Assembly (NCBI GenBank): GCA_964016885.1 | Contig: OZ024740.1 | Span: 211,606,001 to 211,670,000, forward strand | Reading direction: 5' to 3' | Length of the DNA: 64,000 nucleotides | From: Eledone cirrhosa | Taxonomy: Eukaryota | Shown: one piece after another, positions 12,760-26,600 of the stretch | Layout of the letters: each line of letters begins with the position of its first letter | Numbering within the stretch: position 1 is the stretch's first letter | Made by a program: the position numbers and the translations under genes | Notes under the pieces: model-generated | What the model was told of the DNA's origin: nothing | The model's database searches: none | Seen by the model: the letters and a program-made list of their open reading frames with translations, nothing else

Positions 12760-12859
12760 TTGTAAGCTCTTGAAATTTTTAACTTAGTTAACGGAACTCC
12801 AGTACTAAATTTCTGAACAGGGAAGTCCGCAGAACACAGCTAGCAAATCACTGAATTAA

Positions 12860-13067
12860 CCCTTTAGCATTTAAATCGGCTACATCCGGCCAGAAATCTC
12901 TCACCTCTTTTTGTTCAAACTGACTGTAACTTGCCACTCATGCTGATGTTAAGGTATTGTTCTGGAAATAAATAATATCAACATCTCATAGATTTAATAT
13001 TACGTGAGGTAAAACCTTTACTGTGAAAAGACAATAGTATATATAGAGTAATGTAAATGGTAAAGGG
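12860..13067. mobile_element. piggyBac-type MITE
   Basis: TTAA|ccctttagcattta ... taaatggtaaaggg|TTAA. Confidence 0.85.
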
Positions 13068-13086
13068 TTAAACCATATAAGACATA

Positions 13087-13565
13087 CTCTCAGGCCTCGA
13101 ATAATCCTTCCCCCGCTTGCTTATTAATTTTTCAGACCAACCCACTTTTATTCACCACCCCTGCCACCCGCTTATTATATTTTACTAATCTATCTTCGGC
13201 GAGATTTTATTTTAAGTGGTAGCATTCTTGCGACATTTAATTTTCTTTAGAGATTAAAACATTATACATGACAAAAAAAGTACATTACTAGAAATACCAA
13301 TACGTTATAAAATGTTGGTGGAGGGGAGGCGGTTGCAATGTGTAAACTAAACGACTAATTCTGGTTTTTAAAAAATCAAGGGAGACAATCTAGAAAATGT
13401 CTAAAGAAAATTATTGCCGCAGGAATGCTACAACTTAAAATAAAGTTTCGCCGGAGATAGATTAGTAAAATATAATAAGAGGGGAGGGAGAAAGAGTGGA
13501 AGAGAGGGGGGGGGGGGTCTAAAAAATTAATACGCGTGGGTGGATGATTATTCGAGATCGGAAAG
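13087..13565. mobile_element. TA-flanked TIR element (Tc1/mariner-pogo-like)
   Basis: TA|ctctcaggcctcgaataatc ... gattattcgagatcggaaag|TA; inverted relative at 49635-50035. Confidence 0.7.
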
Positions 13566-13916
13566 TAAGTCGAAGATATACTCGGTAGGGTTGTTGGTAG
13601 TTTAGGAAATAGACACCGTCGGGAATCCTGCCGAAAGTCCGGAAATACAACATGAGTAATCTCATAGATACGTGTAGAAAGACGTCACACCCTTCTCACT
13701 ATCAGATTACATAACTATGCAATCTCTTAGCATTCAACAGGTTTTTACACATACTAAACTATATCCTTGGCTCCTTCATTTGTCTTCATTCTTTTAACAC
13801 TTTACATGCTCTTCCCTCTCATCTTTTGGATTGTTGACAATATTATACATAAGTACTGTGTCTAAGTATTGTGTCTATACATGTGTATGTGTGTGTATGT
13901 ATGTGTGTGTATGTGT

Positions 13917-13952
<36 letters not shown>

Positions 13953-13987
13953 CGTATTTATTTGTCTGCGCACACATTTGCTGTTAA

Positions 13988-14018
<31 letters not shown>

Positions 14019-14060
14019 AATACAATCATATATATATATATATGCGTGTGTGTCAACTGC

Positions 14061-14092
<32 letters not shown>

Positions 14093-14375
14093 CGCACACA
14101 CATACACACACATACACACACATACACACACACTCACACACACACGCACACCCACCCACACACACATATATAATATATATATACTATGTTAAGATATCAA
14201 TACATATTTAATATGTATGATGATCATGTTTCTCAATAAATAAGCTCACTGGAGCTTGGTTCAGGGCAACAATAATTCAAATTTAAAAGATATATATATA
14301 TAGAGAAAGAGTAATATATTGTTTGAGTAACACAGTATTTTGTATACACACACACATATATATATATAGTAAATA

Positions 14376-14542
14376 ATTGTTTCTACTTTTGGCACAAGGC
14401 CAGCAATTATCCCAGTGCATTACTGGTACTTTATTTTATCGACCCCGTAAGGATGAAAGGCAAAGTTAACCTCGGCGGGATTTGAACTCAGATCATAAAG
14501 GGAGGTAACTCTATGCTTCAAAGCATGGCGCCCGACCCTCTA
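14376..14542 (-). mobile_element. tRNA-derived SINE
   Basis: B box GAGTTCAAATCC and conserved body gcctttcatccttacggggtcgataaaataaagtacc; other copies ~15300(+), 40116(-), 47820(+), 48055(-), 49169(+), 51024(-), 52650(-), 61815(-), 62463(+). Confidence 0.85.
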
Positions 14543-14553
14543 AATAATATGAT

Positions 14554-14667
<114 letters not shown>

Positions 14668-14682
14668 TATACATATATATAT

Positions 14683-14802
14683 ATAACGAAGGAATTGTGG
14701 TAAGGAACCAGATGGACCATAACGCACCAGAGTACTCAAAACTTAGGGTAGTAGAGTGGGTAATAGGAAGAGGTATGACCCCGACGGCAGAGCTCAAGCC
14801 AT

Positions 14803-14806
<4 letters not shown>
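14683..14806. mobile_element. Short TA-embedded element, same family as 54129-54323
   Basis: Clear homology and identical left boundary (ataacgaagga). Confidence 0.7.
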
Positions 14807-14875
<69 letters not shown>

Positions 14876-15441
14876 CATACATACATATAAATATATATAT
14901 ATATATACCACATTTTGTAGTATTGAGGATATATATTAGTATTCAGTTAGAATGTCTTGATTGCAAGTATGTTGTGTATTGAAACTAAAACAATTTGTGT
15001 GTGCTTCAGTAAAATACCTATGTAGAAATAACGTGATTTGTGTGCCAACTAGTTAAATGGAAATTAAATCCACTTTAGTGAGGATATGGTTGTCTAGGTA
15101 AGCGAATATGCGTTGTAGTCGTGGAAGAAACGCTTTCAGTGTTTTGCCAGAACCCAAAAATAACAACGAACGAAAGTGAAAACACTGCAAATGAAGGGTA
15201 TCAAGTGACAACGGGAGTTTGACTCATAGCTAAAGCATCCAAACATCAAAGAAAATATTCTTGTTTTCTAACTCGTTATCCATGTCCAATAAGACACCGC
15301 ATTGGCAGAGTGGTTAGGGTGTTGGTATTTGTTCCGACTCACTGCACTTTGAGTTCCAATCTCACCGAAGTCAACTTTATGTTTCATCCTTTCGAGGTTG
15401 ATAAAGAAAGTACCAGTCTCATACTGAGTTTAGGTCTATTC

Positions 15442-15549
<108 letters not shown>

Positions 15550-15962
15550 CGGCAGAGTCATTAGAACGTCAGATAGAATGTGTATAATCCATTTCGATGG
15601 CCACTTTTACCCTTCACCCTGAATTTAGCTGGTATTTACAGCCAAACAATTCATTTATTTACTGGGACACAGGGGTAGTGGCCATAAATGTAGAAACTGG
15701 TGCCATCAGGCTTGCACTCGCTATGACCTTGGCTAAGAGTACTATTTGTAGGACTTTCGTGAATAAAATGAACATTTCTATTCATATTTCACACTTCTTG
15801 AAAATTGTTTTTAAGTGTAATCCTATATATCACTCCATTAGTCTTTAAATATTGTTTTTTTGTCATAATTTCTTTGAAATTTATACTTACTTCAATTAAA
15901 TTATCAATAAAATGTCTTATACATATACCTTTTACTCTGTAACATATAGTTATGTTTAGTAT

Positions 15963-16260
15963 TCAAAGTAGCCCTGACGTGGGGCTACTTTGAGCTCTGG
16001 GCCTAGGGCGCGGCGGTAATGGGGTCCGTCGCGCCGACAAGATCGCAAAAGCATTTCCGCAGACAATGGCCAGCAACACCCGCTGCAACAGCCACCCTAC
16101 CTCGCAGGGCTCCTTCCTCAGACGGGATGCTGACGTTCCAATCTTGCGGAGGAGCTCAGCAGTAAGGGGTCCAAGTACGCTTGAGATCTCGACGGCGACC
16201 AACACATTGGAGAATATTTGTCATCCCCAAACTGTAACGAAAGCTGTGGACTGGCATTAA
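15963..16260 (-). mobile_element. CRE-like non-LTR (restriction-like endonuclease) C-terminal fragment
   Basis: VAVEISSVLGP..LLRKIG..EPCEVGWLLQRVLLAIVCGNAFAIL resembles the QRISIAIQRGNA end motif. Confidence 0.7.
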
Positions 16261-16315
16261 GTAATCAATGGATAGGAAGCTATTCTATTGCTATTGATAT
16301 ATTCTAAGAGATTTG

Positions 16316-16768
16316 CTACTAACTCCATCATCACCTGCCAACAGAGGGAGCCTCTGTAAGGTGGTACTAACTCCCCATCACCAGAGGGAGCCTCTGTATA
16401 GTGGTACTAACTCCCCCATCACCAGAGGGAGCCTCTGTAAGATGGCACTAACACCCCATCACCAGAGGGAGCCTCTATAAGATGGTACTAACTCCCCATC
16501 ACCAGAGGGAGCCTCTATAACATGGTACTAACACCCCATCACCAGAGGGAGCCTCTGTAAGATGGTACTAACACCCCATCACCAGAGGGAGCCTCTATAA
16601 GATGGTACTAACACCCCATCACCAGAGGGAGCCTCTATAAGATGGTACTAACACCCCATCACCAGAGGGAGCCTCTATAAGATGGTACTAACACCCCATC
16701 ACCAGAGGGAGCATCTATAAGATGGTACTAACACCCCATCACCTGCCAACAGAGGGAGCCTCTGTATG
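16316..16768. repeat. 40-bp minisatellite, ~11 copies
   Basis: Unit ctaacaccccatcaccagagggagcctctataagatggta. Confidence 0.95.
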
Positions 16769-16905
16769 GTCACTCAACCTGCTAGAAATAACTATCAAAT
16801 ATCCCTTAAGTCGCACTCTACTGTTATATATATATAGGAAAAAGATTCATTGTAGTCCTAGATTCGATCGGAATGGGTCTGGTCAATTATAGTTGACCTG
16901 AAGCT

Positions 16906-16977
16906 ACACAACAACAACAGCAGCAGCAACAACAGCAACAACAGCAGCAGCAACAACAACAACAGCAAGAGCAGCAG

Positions 16978-17009
<32 letters not shown>

Positions 17010-17107
17010 GTAGCAACGACAACAACAGCGGCAGCAGCATCAACAACAGCAGCAACAGCAGCAGTAACAACAACAGCAACAGCAACAACAACAGCGGCAA
17101 CAACAAT
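16906..17107. repeat. Mixed (CAA/CAG)n trinucleotide tract
   Basis: Directly visible. Confidence 0.9.
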
Positions 17108-17189
17108 GTGCTGGAAGGTTGTGAACGAAGTTTAAGAATGTAAAGAAAGAGGAAGAGGCATAACGTTGGTGGTAGATTCAGCGGCATTA

Positions 17190-17375
17190 TACGAGGGTTG
17201 ATAGCCTATGAAGGAGTGATGCTAGAGCTGTGAAATCTTGTATGTCATTAATTTCAATTCTTCTTATTAATAACTGCATTGTTTCTTTCCAGGGACTATG
17301 GTGAAAAATAAACCTCATTTGGTCATTTCATGAGAGTATCTTGGTCAGCTTATGAACCTTTCAGTTGATCTTCGT
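17190..17375. mobile_element. Mariner-type MITE, deleted relative of 42536-42837
   Basis: tacgaggg start; shared gctagagctgtgaaatcttg segment in inverted orientation. Confidence 0.6.
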
Positions 17376-17393
17376 TCATATAATCACACGCAC

Positions 17394-17484
<91 letters not shown>

Positions 17485-17713
17485 GCGTACAATTTTATGA
17501 AGAAGAAAACGTGTAGTACTTATGACGTTGTGATCGATACGTCCGATGGATGATCAGTTTAAACATCGATCGGTCCATGTCTACAGGAATAAACATGGAC
17601 AGAGAGAGGAAGGAATTCCAGAATGTTGCTAAGTTGGAGAAGGACTGGGAGGAAATGATTTCGAATGCGTGCAGTGTAAACCAATAGCAAAGTGGGTAGT
17701 CCATGACCATGGC

Positions 17714-18105
17714 ATCTTTTTCAGTGAAATGACACTTAGAGAACGGATTCCTCCGAAGGGTCTTTGGAGTAACGTTCCTCGGTAAAGTGCGTAGCTCAGA
17801 GATCAGAGTGTCACTCCAGGTAGAGCCGCTACTTCTCCGAATCGAGAGAACACAGCTCTGATACTATGGGCATGTGGTTAGAATCTTTCAGGAAAGAATC
17901 GCTGGACAGATTTTATGGACAAAACCAACAGGTAGGAGACCTAGGGGTAGACCCCAAGCAAGATGGTTGGATAACATCCATGAGTTTGGCTGGTCTTACT
18001 TGGGTATCCAGCTGGATCAGTTGGAGATGGTTGCTTCTGACAGGACCTGCTGGAAGGAGTGTTTGAGGACTCTGCCCCCACGACCTTCTCAAGAAGAAGA
18101 AGAAG

Positions 18106-18134
<29 letters not shown>
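17714..18134 (+). mobile_element. RTE LINE 3' fragment with (GAA)n tail
   Basis: YYGHVVR..KPTGRRPRGRPQARWLD; further copy at 48575-48750. Confidence 0.85.
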
Positions 18135-18136
<2 letters not shown>

Positions 18137-18570
18137 TAATACAGGACTTCATTGCAGGGAACCAAAAAGGTCTGCCGCAATTTGAGAGATGGGATTGCTT
18201 ACAAGGTGTGCGATTTGCGAAGTATTGTTTGTTTTCGCAACAGTGGCCTTGCAGATGTTGCCATACAAGTAAAAGCCTCTCGGTTGATAGTGATTTGGAG
18301 ATTAAGGGCTTTGATTGTCAGAATTTTGGCTGATGGTTTCAGTCACTTGCTCAGCTGTTGAGACGGTTATCATCTGCCAAGTTGAAAATTATATATGTAA
18401 GTATCTATGTATCTGTGTATGTGCATGTATGTATGTATGTGTGTATGTATGTATGTGTGTATGTGTGTGTGTGTGTGTGTATGTATGTATTATGTGTGTA
18501 TGTGTGCGTAATGTATGTGTGTGTGTGTATGTATGTATATGTGTATGTATGTATGTATGTATGTATGTAT

Positions 18571-19832
18571 ACTCTCTCTTTCTCCTAATCTCGAGTTTTT
18601 GACCGGCCACCTTCCTGGTGGCAAGATTGTAAAAGAAAAGAAATTGTCATCCCTTGAATTGCAAGTATGTTTGCAAATTTTGAAGGTGCCAGCTATCGCA
18701 GCCATTTGTAGTCTATGAATTAGGGGGAAGCGCTCTTTGTCGACAAATTCAAGTTCAGTTATACTTTGGTCCAAGTGGGCTGGTATATAATCTGTAGCTC
18801 CAATAATGATCATAATGTGTGTGTGTATGTATGTTATCTCTTTCTCTTAATTTCGAGTATATTTTTAGACCGGCCACCTTCCTGGTGGCAAGGTTGTAAA
18901 AGAAAAGAAATTGTCATCCCTTGAATCGCAAGAATGTTTTGCAAATTTTGAAGGTGCCAGCTATCGCAGCCATTTGTAGACTATGAATTAGGGAGCTGCG
19001 CTCTTTGTCCGCAAATCCAAGTTCAGTCATACTTTGGTCCAAGCGGGTTGGTATATAATCTGTAGCTCCAATAATGATGGGTATGAAGCTAAAGGTGTAT
19101 CTTGGATACTGGATTTGTAAACTCCTCATCAATGGTCCGTAGATGTCCTCCTTCTCCTGTATTTTTCTGACAATGTTTACATCAAGTGGGCAGCTGATCT
19201 CCACAACAGAACACGTTTTCAATGTGTGGTCCCAAACAACAATATCAGGCCGGTGTGCTTTAATTTGGTGGCAGTTTTTATTTTCAGGTTCCACCAGTAT
19301 TCCTTAGTGCCATCTGTCTCAAAATATTCTTCCTCGTTTGTTGTTAATTTTGTTTTCCGAAGTGCGTTCCAGATGGTTCTAGCTATCCCATCGTGTCTCA
19401 TGGGAGGTAGTAGCGAGATGACATTCTTTCGCAGCTGGGCAACAATGTAGCTTACAACCTCGATCTTTGTTTTACATATCCTACATTTATTGTCAGCTGA
19501 TGGCCCTCCCCTTTTGTGCAGCAGATATTTGGTAGGGATTTCTTGTTTCTGTATTGCATAGAGATATCCCTCAAGGTGTGATGTCATAAACTTGTCGGAA
19601 CTCCATGCCAGGCTTTTTTGAGTGGTTTATCCCCTCTATGGTCTGTGTTTTACGTCTCAAGTATCCATGCACAACTTTTTCTGTACATTGGTCAATTTTT
19701 TCATCTTGTTTGAACATTGAATAGGATCTTCCGATTTCTCTGGGTGAGAGATTTATATCAGGCTTTATTCCATATCTCTCCTCCAGATCAGTGGCTATTC
19801 TAATGATTTATTTTTCATGCTCAGGCTATTCT
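18571..19832 (-). mobile_element. R4/Dong-like non-LTR element: two tandem 5'-truncated copies (18571-18815, 18835-19832)
   Basis: EGYLYAIQKQ..CRICK..RHD..RPDIVVWD..VVEISCP..KEDIY..IIIGA (CCHC + PD..E/K endonuclease); flanked by (TATG)n. Confidence 0.88.
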
Positions 19833-21488
19833 AATGATATATATTTTTTCATGCTTATGTATGTATGTATGTATGTATGTATGTATGTATGTATGTATGT
19901 ATGTATGTATGTATGTATGGATGGATGGATGGATGGATATCTCTCTCTTTAGACGATTCTATCTTTTAAGTGAATGTCTCTCCCCCCACTCTCTCCCTCT
20001 CTGTGGTGATGGTTGTGGTGGAGGAGGTGTTGTGTGTGTGTGTGTGTGTGGTGTGTGTGTGTGTGAGACTGTGTCTATGTTTAAGTTTTTGTCTGTATCT
20101 GTTTCTGCCCGGTAACTTGGCTATTCGATAAAAAAAGTGATCGACAAAGTAAGTACTAGGCTTGAAAAAAGTACCAACTGTGATATGATCATTGACCAGT
20201 ACTCCAGCATGGCCACAGTCTAATGATCAAAGCCCGAGTATAAAAAATAAAATCTGCCAAATATATGTCTAGAAATATGTGTTTATCTTCTATTTCCTAC
20301 TGTATTAAAGCTAGTGTATCTGTCATATAAAAAGTTTGTCAAGCTGGAAAGTGGCTGGTACGAGTGTGTGTGACAGATGGATGAAGAGAGGGGGGGGGGG
20401 GGGGAGAGAGATATGAGGGAGAGAGAGTGAGATGGGGGAGAGAGAGAGTGGTTGTGATGATGGTGGCAGCAACACCGAAATTTATTTTTTAAATACCACG
20501 TCTTTATGGAAAGGGGGATGGTAAGAGAGAGAGTGAGAGAGAATGAGACAGAGAGGGAGTGTGTGTATGTGTGTGTGTGATAGAGAGAGAGAGAGAGAGA
20601 GAGGGGGGAGAGAGATAGAAATAGAGAGAGAGATAGAGACTGTTCTCAAAAATATGATTCAAATATTCCATTTTGGTAGATTCAGCTATTTGATAAATCT
20701 TATCGATTTATTTGTAGTGTAGTAATTAAATCATGTATATATTATTTGTAGTATATATATATATATATATAGATAAATGAAAGGTATCGAAAACATTGTA
20801 GCAAAAGGCCAACAGTATTCCATAATATATATAAGTGACTATAGCGTCAAAATGGGAAAAATAGTTAACGTAAGATGTGGGGAAAATAATTCAAACTCAT
20901 TTCAAAGAGAATCAGGATATAGATTCATCCACAGAATTTAGTGAAATCCAGGGAAAAATCAATAGAGCCTTAACTCATGATAAAATAAAGTCTAAAATAC
21001 TCATCCTTCAATTTGGAAAAACTTCAAATGCTCTGTATAGTCTTAAAGACTATTTCACGAAAACTTTCAGTGGAGATGGTCACGGTTGGAATCCGATCCT
21101 CAGCAGAGCTCAACTCGATAACTAAAATTCTCACAGATTAATATGCCAAAAAGGGAATTTAAAACAGGCTAGTTCACCATCATGCGTGATTATGAAAAAT
21201 AAAACGCACATGAGGAAAGACAGGGCTGGTGACGTCAACAGTAAAAAATCATTCCTAAAAAAAACTCTACAATAAGGAGTTCAGCAAAAAGCAATATTAT
21301 CGCGGTTTTTTATTAAAATATACCGGGATTAGTCACAAATAATTTAAGCACTCTAGGAAAGAAATCCGAGTATAAATATATAAATGAAAGGTATAGAAAA
21401 CATTGTAGCAAAAAGCCAACAGTAGGTGTACGTATGTGTGTGTGTGTGTGTGTGTGTGAATGTGAGAGTTGGGATATGTATATATGTA

Positions 21489-21528
<40 letters not shown>

Positions 21529-21544
21529 TACATATATACTCTCA

Positions 21545-21579
<35 letters not shown>

Positions 21580-21887
21580 GTACACCTACACATATACAGA
21601 AACACCACCTTCAGCCCCCCCCGCTCCCCCCTCCCTCTCCCCTCTCCACCCTCCCACCCACCACCACCCCTACACGCCACACACCCTTTCATCACTTGTT
21701 TATTTTTATTTTTATTTTTTTTAAATTTCCTTTACTCTCTAAAAAAAAAATGTTTTCCTCCCTTTTCTCCCCCCCCCCTTTTTAAATGTCTTTCTACCAC
21801 TCCCCCACACACCCTCGGAACTCTTCCTACCCAGTTTTCTCCTGATGAAGAGCTTATGCCCGAATCGTCCCCGCCCCCCACTCTCAA

Positions 21888-22135
21888 GCGTGAAACTAAT
21901 ACTAATATAAGCTTTCAACATATTTTTTGACTAAAGAAAAATTTTTTTTTTTTAAATTTTTTTTTTAGCCTGATAGTGGGGTTTATAACCCTCAGAGAAT
22001 GGGAAAAGATGAGTATTGACGTTTCCATTCTCTGAGGGTTATAAACCCCACTATCAGGCTAAAAAAAAAATTTTTTTTAAATTTTTCTTTAGTAAAAAAA
22101 TACGGTGAAAGCTTCTATTTACTAATTTCAAACTT
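21888..22135. mobile_element. Family C palindromic element
   Basis: Arms ~21890-22003 / 22024-22132; homologous to 34198-34445. Confidence 0.75.
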
Positions 22136-22446
22136 GCTCGCTGTTTTCAAAACATACTTACTTGCCATAATACTAATATCATTTGTACTGCCTCTTCGTT
22201 TTTCTGTTTTTTTTTGTTCTCGGTTTATTTATTAAACTATACACATATATATGTGTGTGTGTGTGTGGGGGGGGGGGGTCTGTGATCTATCTATATACAC
22301 CGGTTACTGACTCACACACACGCACACGCACACGCACACGCAGACGCACACACATACACACATATATATACACACGCACACATACTGTTATAATTTCATT
22401 CAACAACACCACCAGCTCTTTCTCTCTATCTTTCTTTCTCTCTCTC

Positions 22447-22521
<75 letters not shown>

Positions 22522-22801
22522 TTATGAAGGTACATGGAAAAAAACCCGTATCTCGGGACCCGTGCTCCGATTTACACAAAACTTGTTTTATTCCATTTAT
22601 ATTCCCATTTCAGAGGCAACTTCCTTTCAAAGTATTTTCCAATTATGCGCCGTTTTGGCTGTATTAAATTACAGACAAACACACAATCACAGAGTAGTAG
22701 TGATTATTCGAGACTCGAAAGTAATCGAAGAAACACAATATAGAAACAATATACTCCCAATAAATCGAATCTGTAAGCCAGTTTCGATTCAAGGTTGTAG
22801 T

Positions 22802-23050
22802 CAGGGCCGGATTTAATGGGTGGCAAAGGGGGCAATGCCCCGAGTCCCCTGCAGTAGGGTGCCTCACCAGTGACGGCCGTAACAATTTATTTGTGCCCTC
22901 AGCTGGGCATTTTAGTTTTAGGATGGTTAGAACTCTTTTAATTTAATACCTGTATAACTTTTCAATTCCTATTATTTGCACCAAACTAACTTTGATATAT
23001 AAAACTGGGGGGGGGGGGGGGGTATTCTAACTTTTTGTGTATGAGGGGCT
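22802..23050. mobile_element. hAT-like MITE left end, truncated
   Basis: cagggccggattta terminus resembles the 11894 TIR; no matching right end seen. Confidence 0.45.
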
Positions 23051-23620
23051 CTGTATGCTTAATTAAAAGCATTTCGAAGACCTTATGCTATTGTTTTAGA
23101 GTAGTGACAGACTCACTTACTTTAATTTTCAGCAAACAGGGGAGATAAAGCTGACAGGGACCTGTTTCGCATTTATTGATGCTTATCAAAGCCAACTACT
23201 CCTCCTGTTGGCTGAAATCGTGGATGTTGGGTTCTTATAGAATTCTAGTAAATAATCAGGAACTGATTATACAGAGCGGTTGTCAGTCAAGCAGAAATAG
23301 AAAATTAGAATTGGTGCTCTGAAATAGCTATATATATATATATGAATGTATATATAGTGTATTTTGCAATACACTGTATGCTTAATTAAAAGCATTTCGA
23401 AGACCTTATGCTATTGTTAAGCATCAAAAAATGCGAAACAGGGCCCTGTCAGTTTTATCTCCCCTGTTTGCTGAAAATTAAAGTAAGTGAGTCTGTCACT
23501 ACTCTAAAACAATAGCATAAGGTCTTCGAAATGCTTTTAATTAAGCATACAGTGTATTGCAAAATACACTATATATACATTCATATATATATATAGCTAT
23601 TTCAGAGCACAAATTCTAAT
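23051..23620. mobile_element. Retrozyme-like HHR element: 323-bp tandem unit plus inverted copy
   Basis: 23051-23095 repeats at 23374-23418; 23419-23620 is inverted relative to the unit. Confidence 0.8.
23149..23193 (-). ncRNA. Type I hammerhead with U3:A8 covariant core and GUC cleavage triplet
   Basis: ggct TTGATAA gcat caataa atgc GAAA CAGGTCCCTG TC agct. Confidence 0.8.
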
Positions 23621-26600
23621 ACACATGTATTACACACACATACACATGTATGTATTACACATACATACACACACATGTATGTATTACATATACATACACA
23701 TGTATGTATTACACATACATACACATATGTATTACACATACATACACATATATGTAGTACACATACATACACATGTATGTATTACACATACATACATATG
23801 CATGTATTACACATACATACACATATGTGTTACACATACACACACATATATGTATTACACATACATATATGTATTACACATACATACATATATATGTATT
23901 ACACATACATACACATATATGTATTACACATACATACATATATATGTGAAGATAGACATAGAATATTCGAAAATATTCTGTATGTTTATAATAAACATTT
24001 TGAAGACCTAATCGCTATAGAATAGAATACGTCACGTATACACATACATACACATATATGTATTACACATACACACAAGTATGTATTACACATACATACA
24101 TATGTATGTATTACACATACATACGCATGTATGTATTACACATACATACACATGTATGTATTACGCATACATATGCAATATATGTATTACACATACATAC
24201 ACACATGTATGTATTACACATACATGTACATACATGTATTACACATATATACACACATGTATGTATTACACATAAATACACAATACATGTATTACACATA
24301 CATACACACATATGTATTACACATACATACACACATGTATTACACATATATGTATTACACACACATACACGTATATGTATTACACATACACACACATATA
24401 TGTATTACAATAGATACACACATGTATTACACATATATGTATTACACATACATACACATATATGTATTACACATACATACACATATATGTATTACACATA
24501 CATACAGACACATGTATGTATTACACATACATACACATGTATGTATTACACATACATACACACATATGTATTACACATACATACACACATACATACACAC
24601 ATATGTATTACACATACATACACACATATGTATTACACATACATACACATATGTGTATTACACATACATACACATGTGTATTACACATACATACACATGT
24701 ATGTATTACACATACATACACATATATGTATTACACATACATACACACGTATGTATTACACATACATACACACATATGTATTACACATACATACACATAT
24801 GTGTATTACACATACATGCACATATGTGTATTACACATGCATACACATGTATGTATTACACATACATACACACATATGTATAACACATACATAGACACAT
24901 GTGTATTACACATACATACACACATGTGTATTACACATACATACACACATATGTATTACACATACAAACACACATATGTATTACACATACATACACATAT
25001 ATGTATTACACATACATACACACATATGTGTATTACACATACATACACACATATGTATTACACATACATACACACATATGTATTACACATACATACACAC
25101 ATGTGTATTACACATACATACACACATATGTATTACACATACATACACACATATGTATTACACATACATACACACGTATGTATTACACATACATACACAC
25201 ATATGTATTACACATACATACACATATGTGTATTACACATACATACACACATATGTATTACACATACATACAGATATGTGTATTACACATACATACACAC
25301 ATATGTATTACACATACATACACATATATGTATTACACATACATACACACATATGTATTACACATACATACACATATGTGTATTACACATACATACACTT
25401 ATGTGTATTACACATACATACACACATATGTATTACACATACATACACACGTATGTATTACACATACATACACACATATGTATTACACATACATACACAT
25501 ATGTGTATTACACATACATACACACATATGTATTACACATACATACACACGTATGTATTACACATACATACACACGTATGTATTACACATACATACATAT
25601 GTATTACACATACATACACACATATGTATTACACATACATACACATATGTGTATTACACATACATACACATGTATGTATTACACATACATACACATATAT
25701 GTATTACACATACATACACACGTATGTATTACACATACATACACACATATGTATTACACATACATACACATATGTGTATTACACATACATGCACATATGT
25801 GTATTACACATACATACACATGTATGTATTACACATACATACACACATGTGTATTACACATACATACACACGTATGTTTAACACATACATACACACATAT
25901 GTATAACACATACATAGACACATGTGTATTACACATACATACACACATGTGTATTACACATACATACACACATATGTATTACACATACAAACACACATAT
26001 GTATTACACATACATACACATATATGTATTACACATACATACACACATATGTGTATTACACATACATACACACATATGTATTACACATACATACACACAT
26101 ATGTATTACACATACATACACACATATGTATTACACATACATACACACATGTGTATTACACATACATACACACATATGTATTACACATACATACACACAT
26201 ATGTATTACACATACATACACACGTATGTATTACACATACATACACACATATGTATTACACATACATACACATATGTGTATTACACATACATACACACAT
26301 ATGTATTACACATACATACAGATATGTGTATTACACATACATACACACATATGTATTACACATACATACACATATATGTATTACACATACATACACACAT
26401 ATGTATTACACATACATACACATATGTGTATTACACATACATACACTTATGTGTATTACACATACATACACACATATGTATTACACATACATACACACGT
26501 ATGTATTACACATACATACACACATATGTATTACACATACATACACATATGTGTATTACACATACATACACACATATGTATTACACATACATACACACGT

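Noticed and set aside
16906-17107. PolyQ coding exon
   Set aside because: Weak splice signals and no flanking coding context
21833-21870. HHR-like ctgatga agagc ttat gccc gaat cgtc
   Set aside because: GAAA mutated and no stem I partner; at best a dead remnant, not counted
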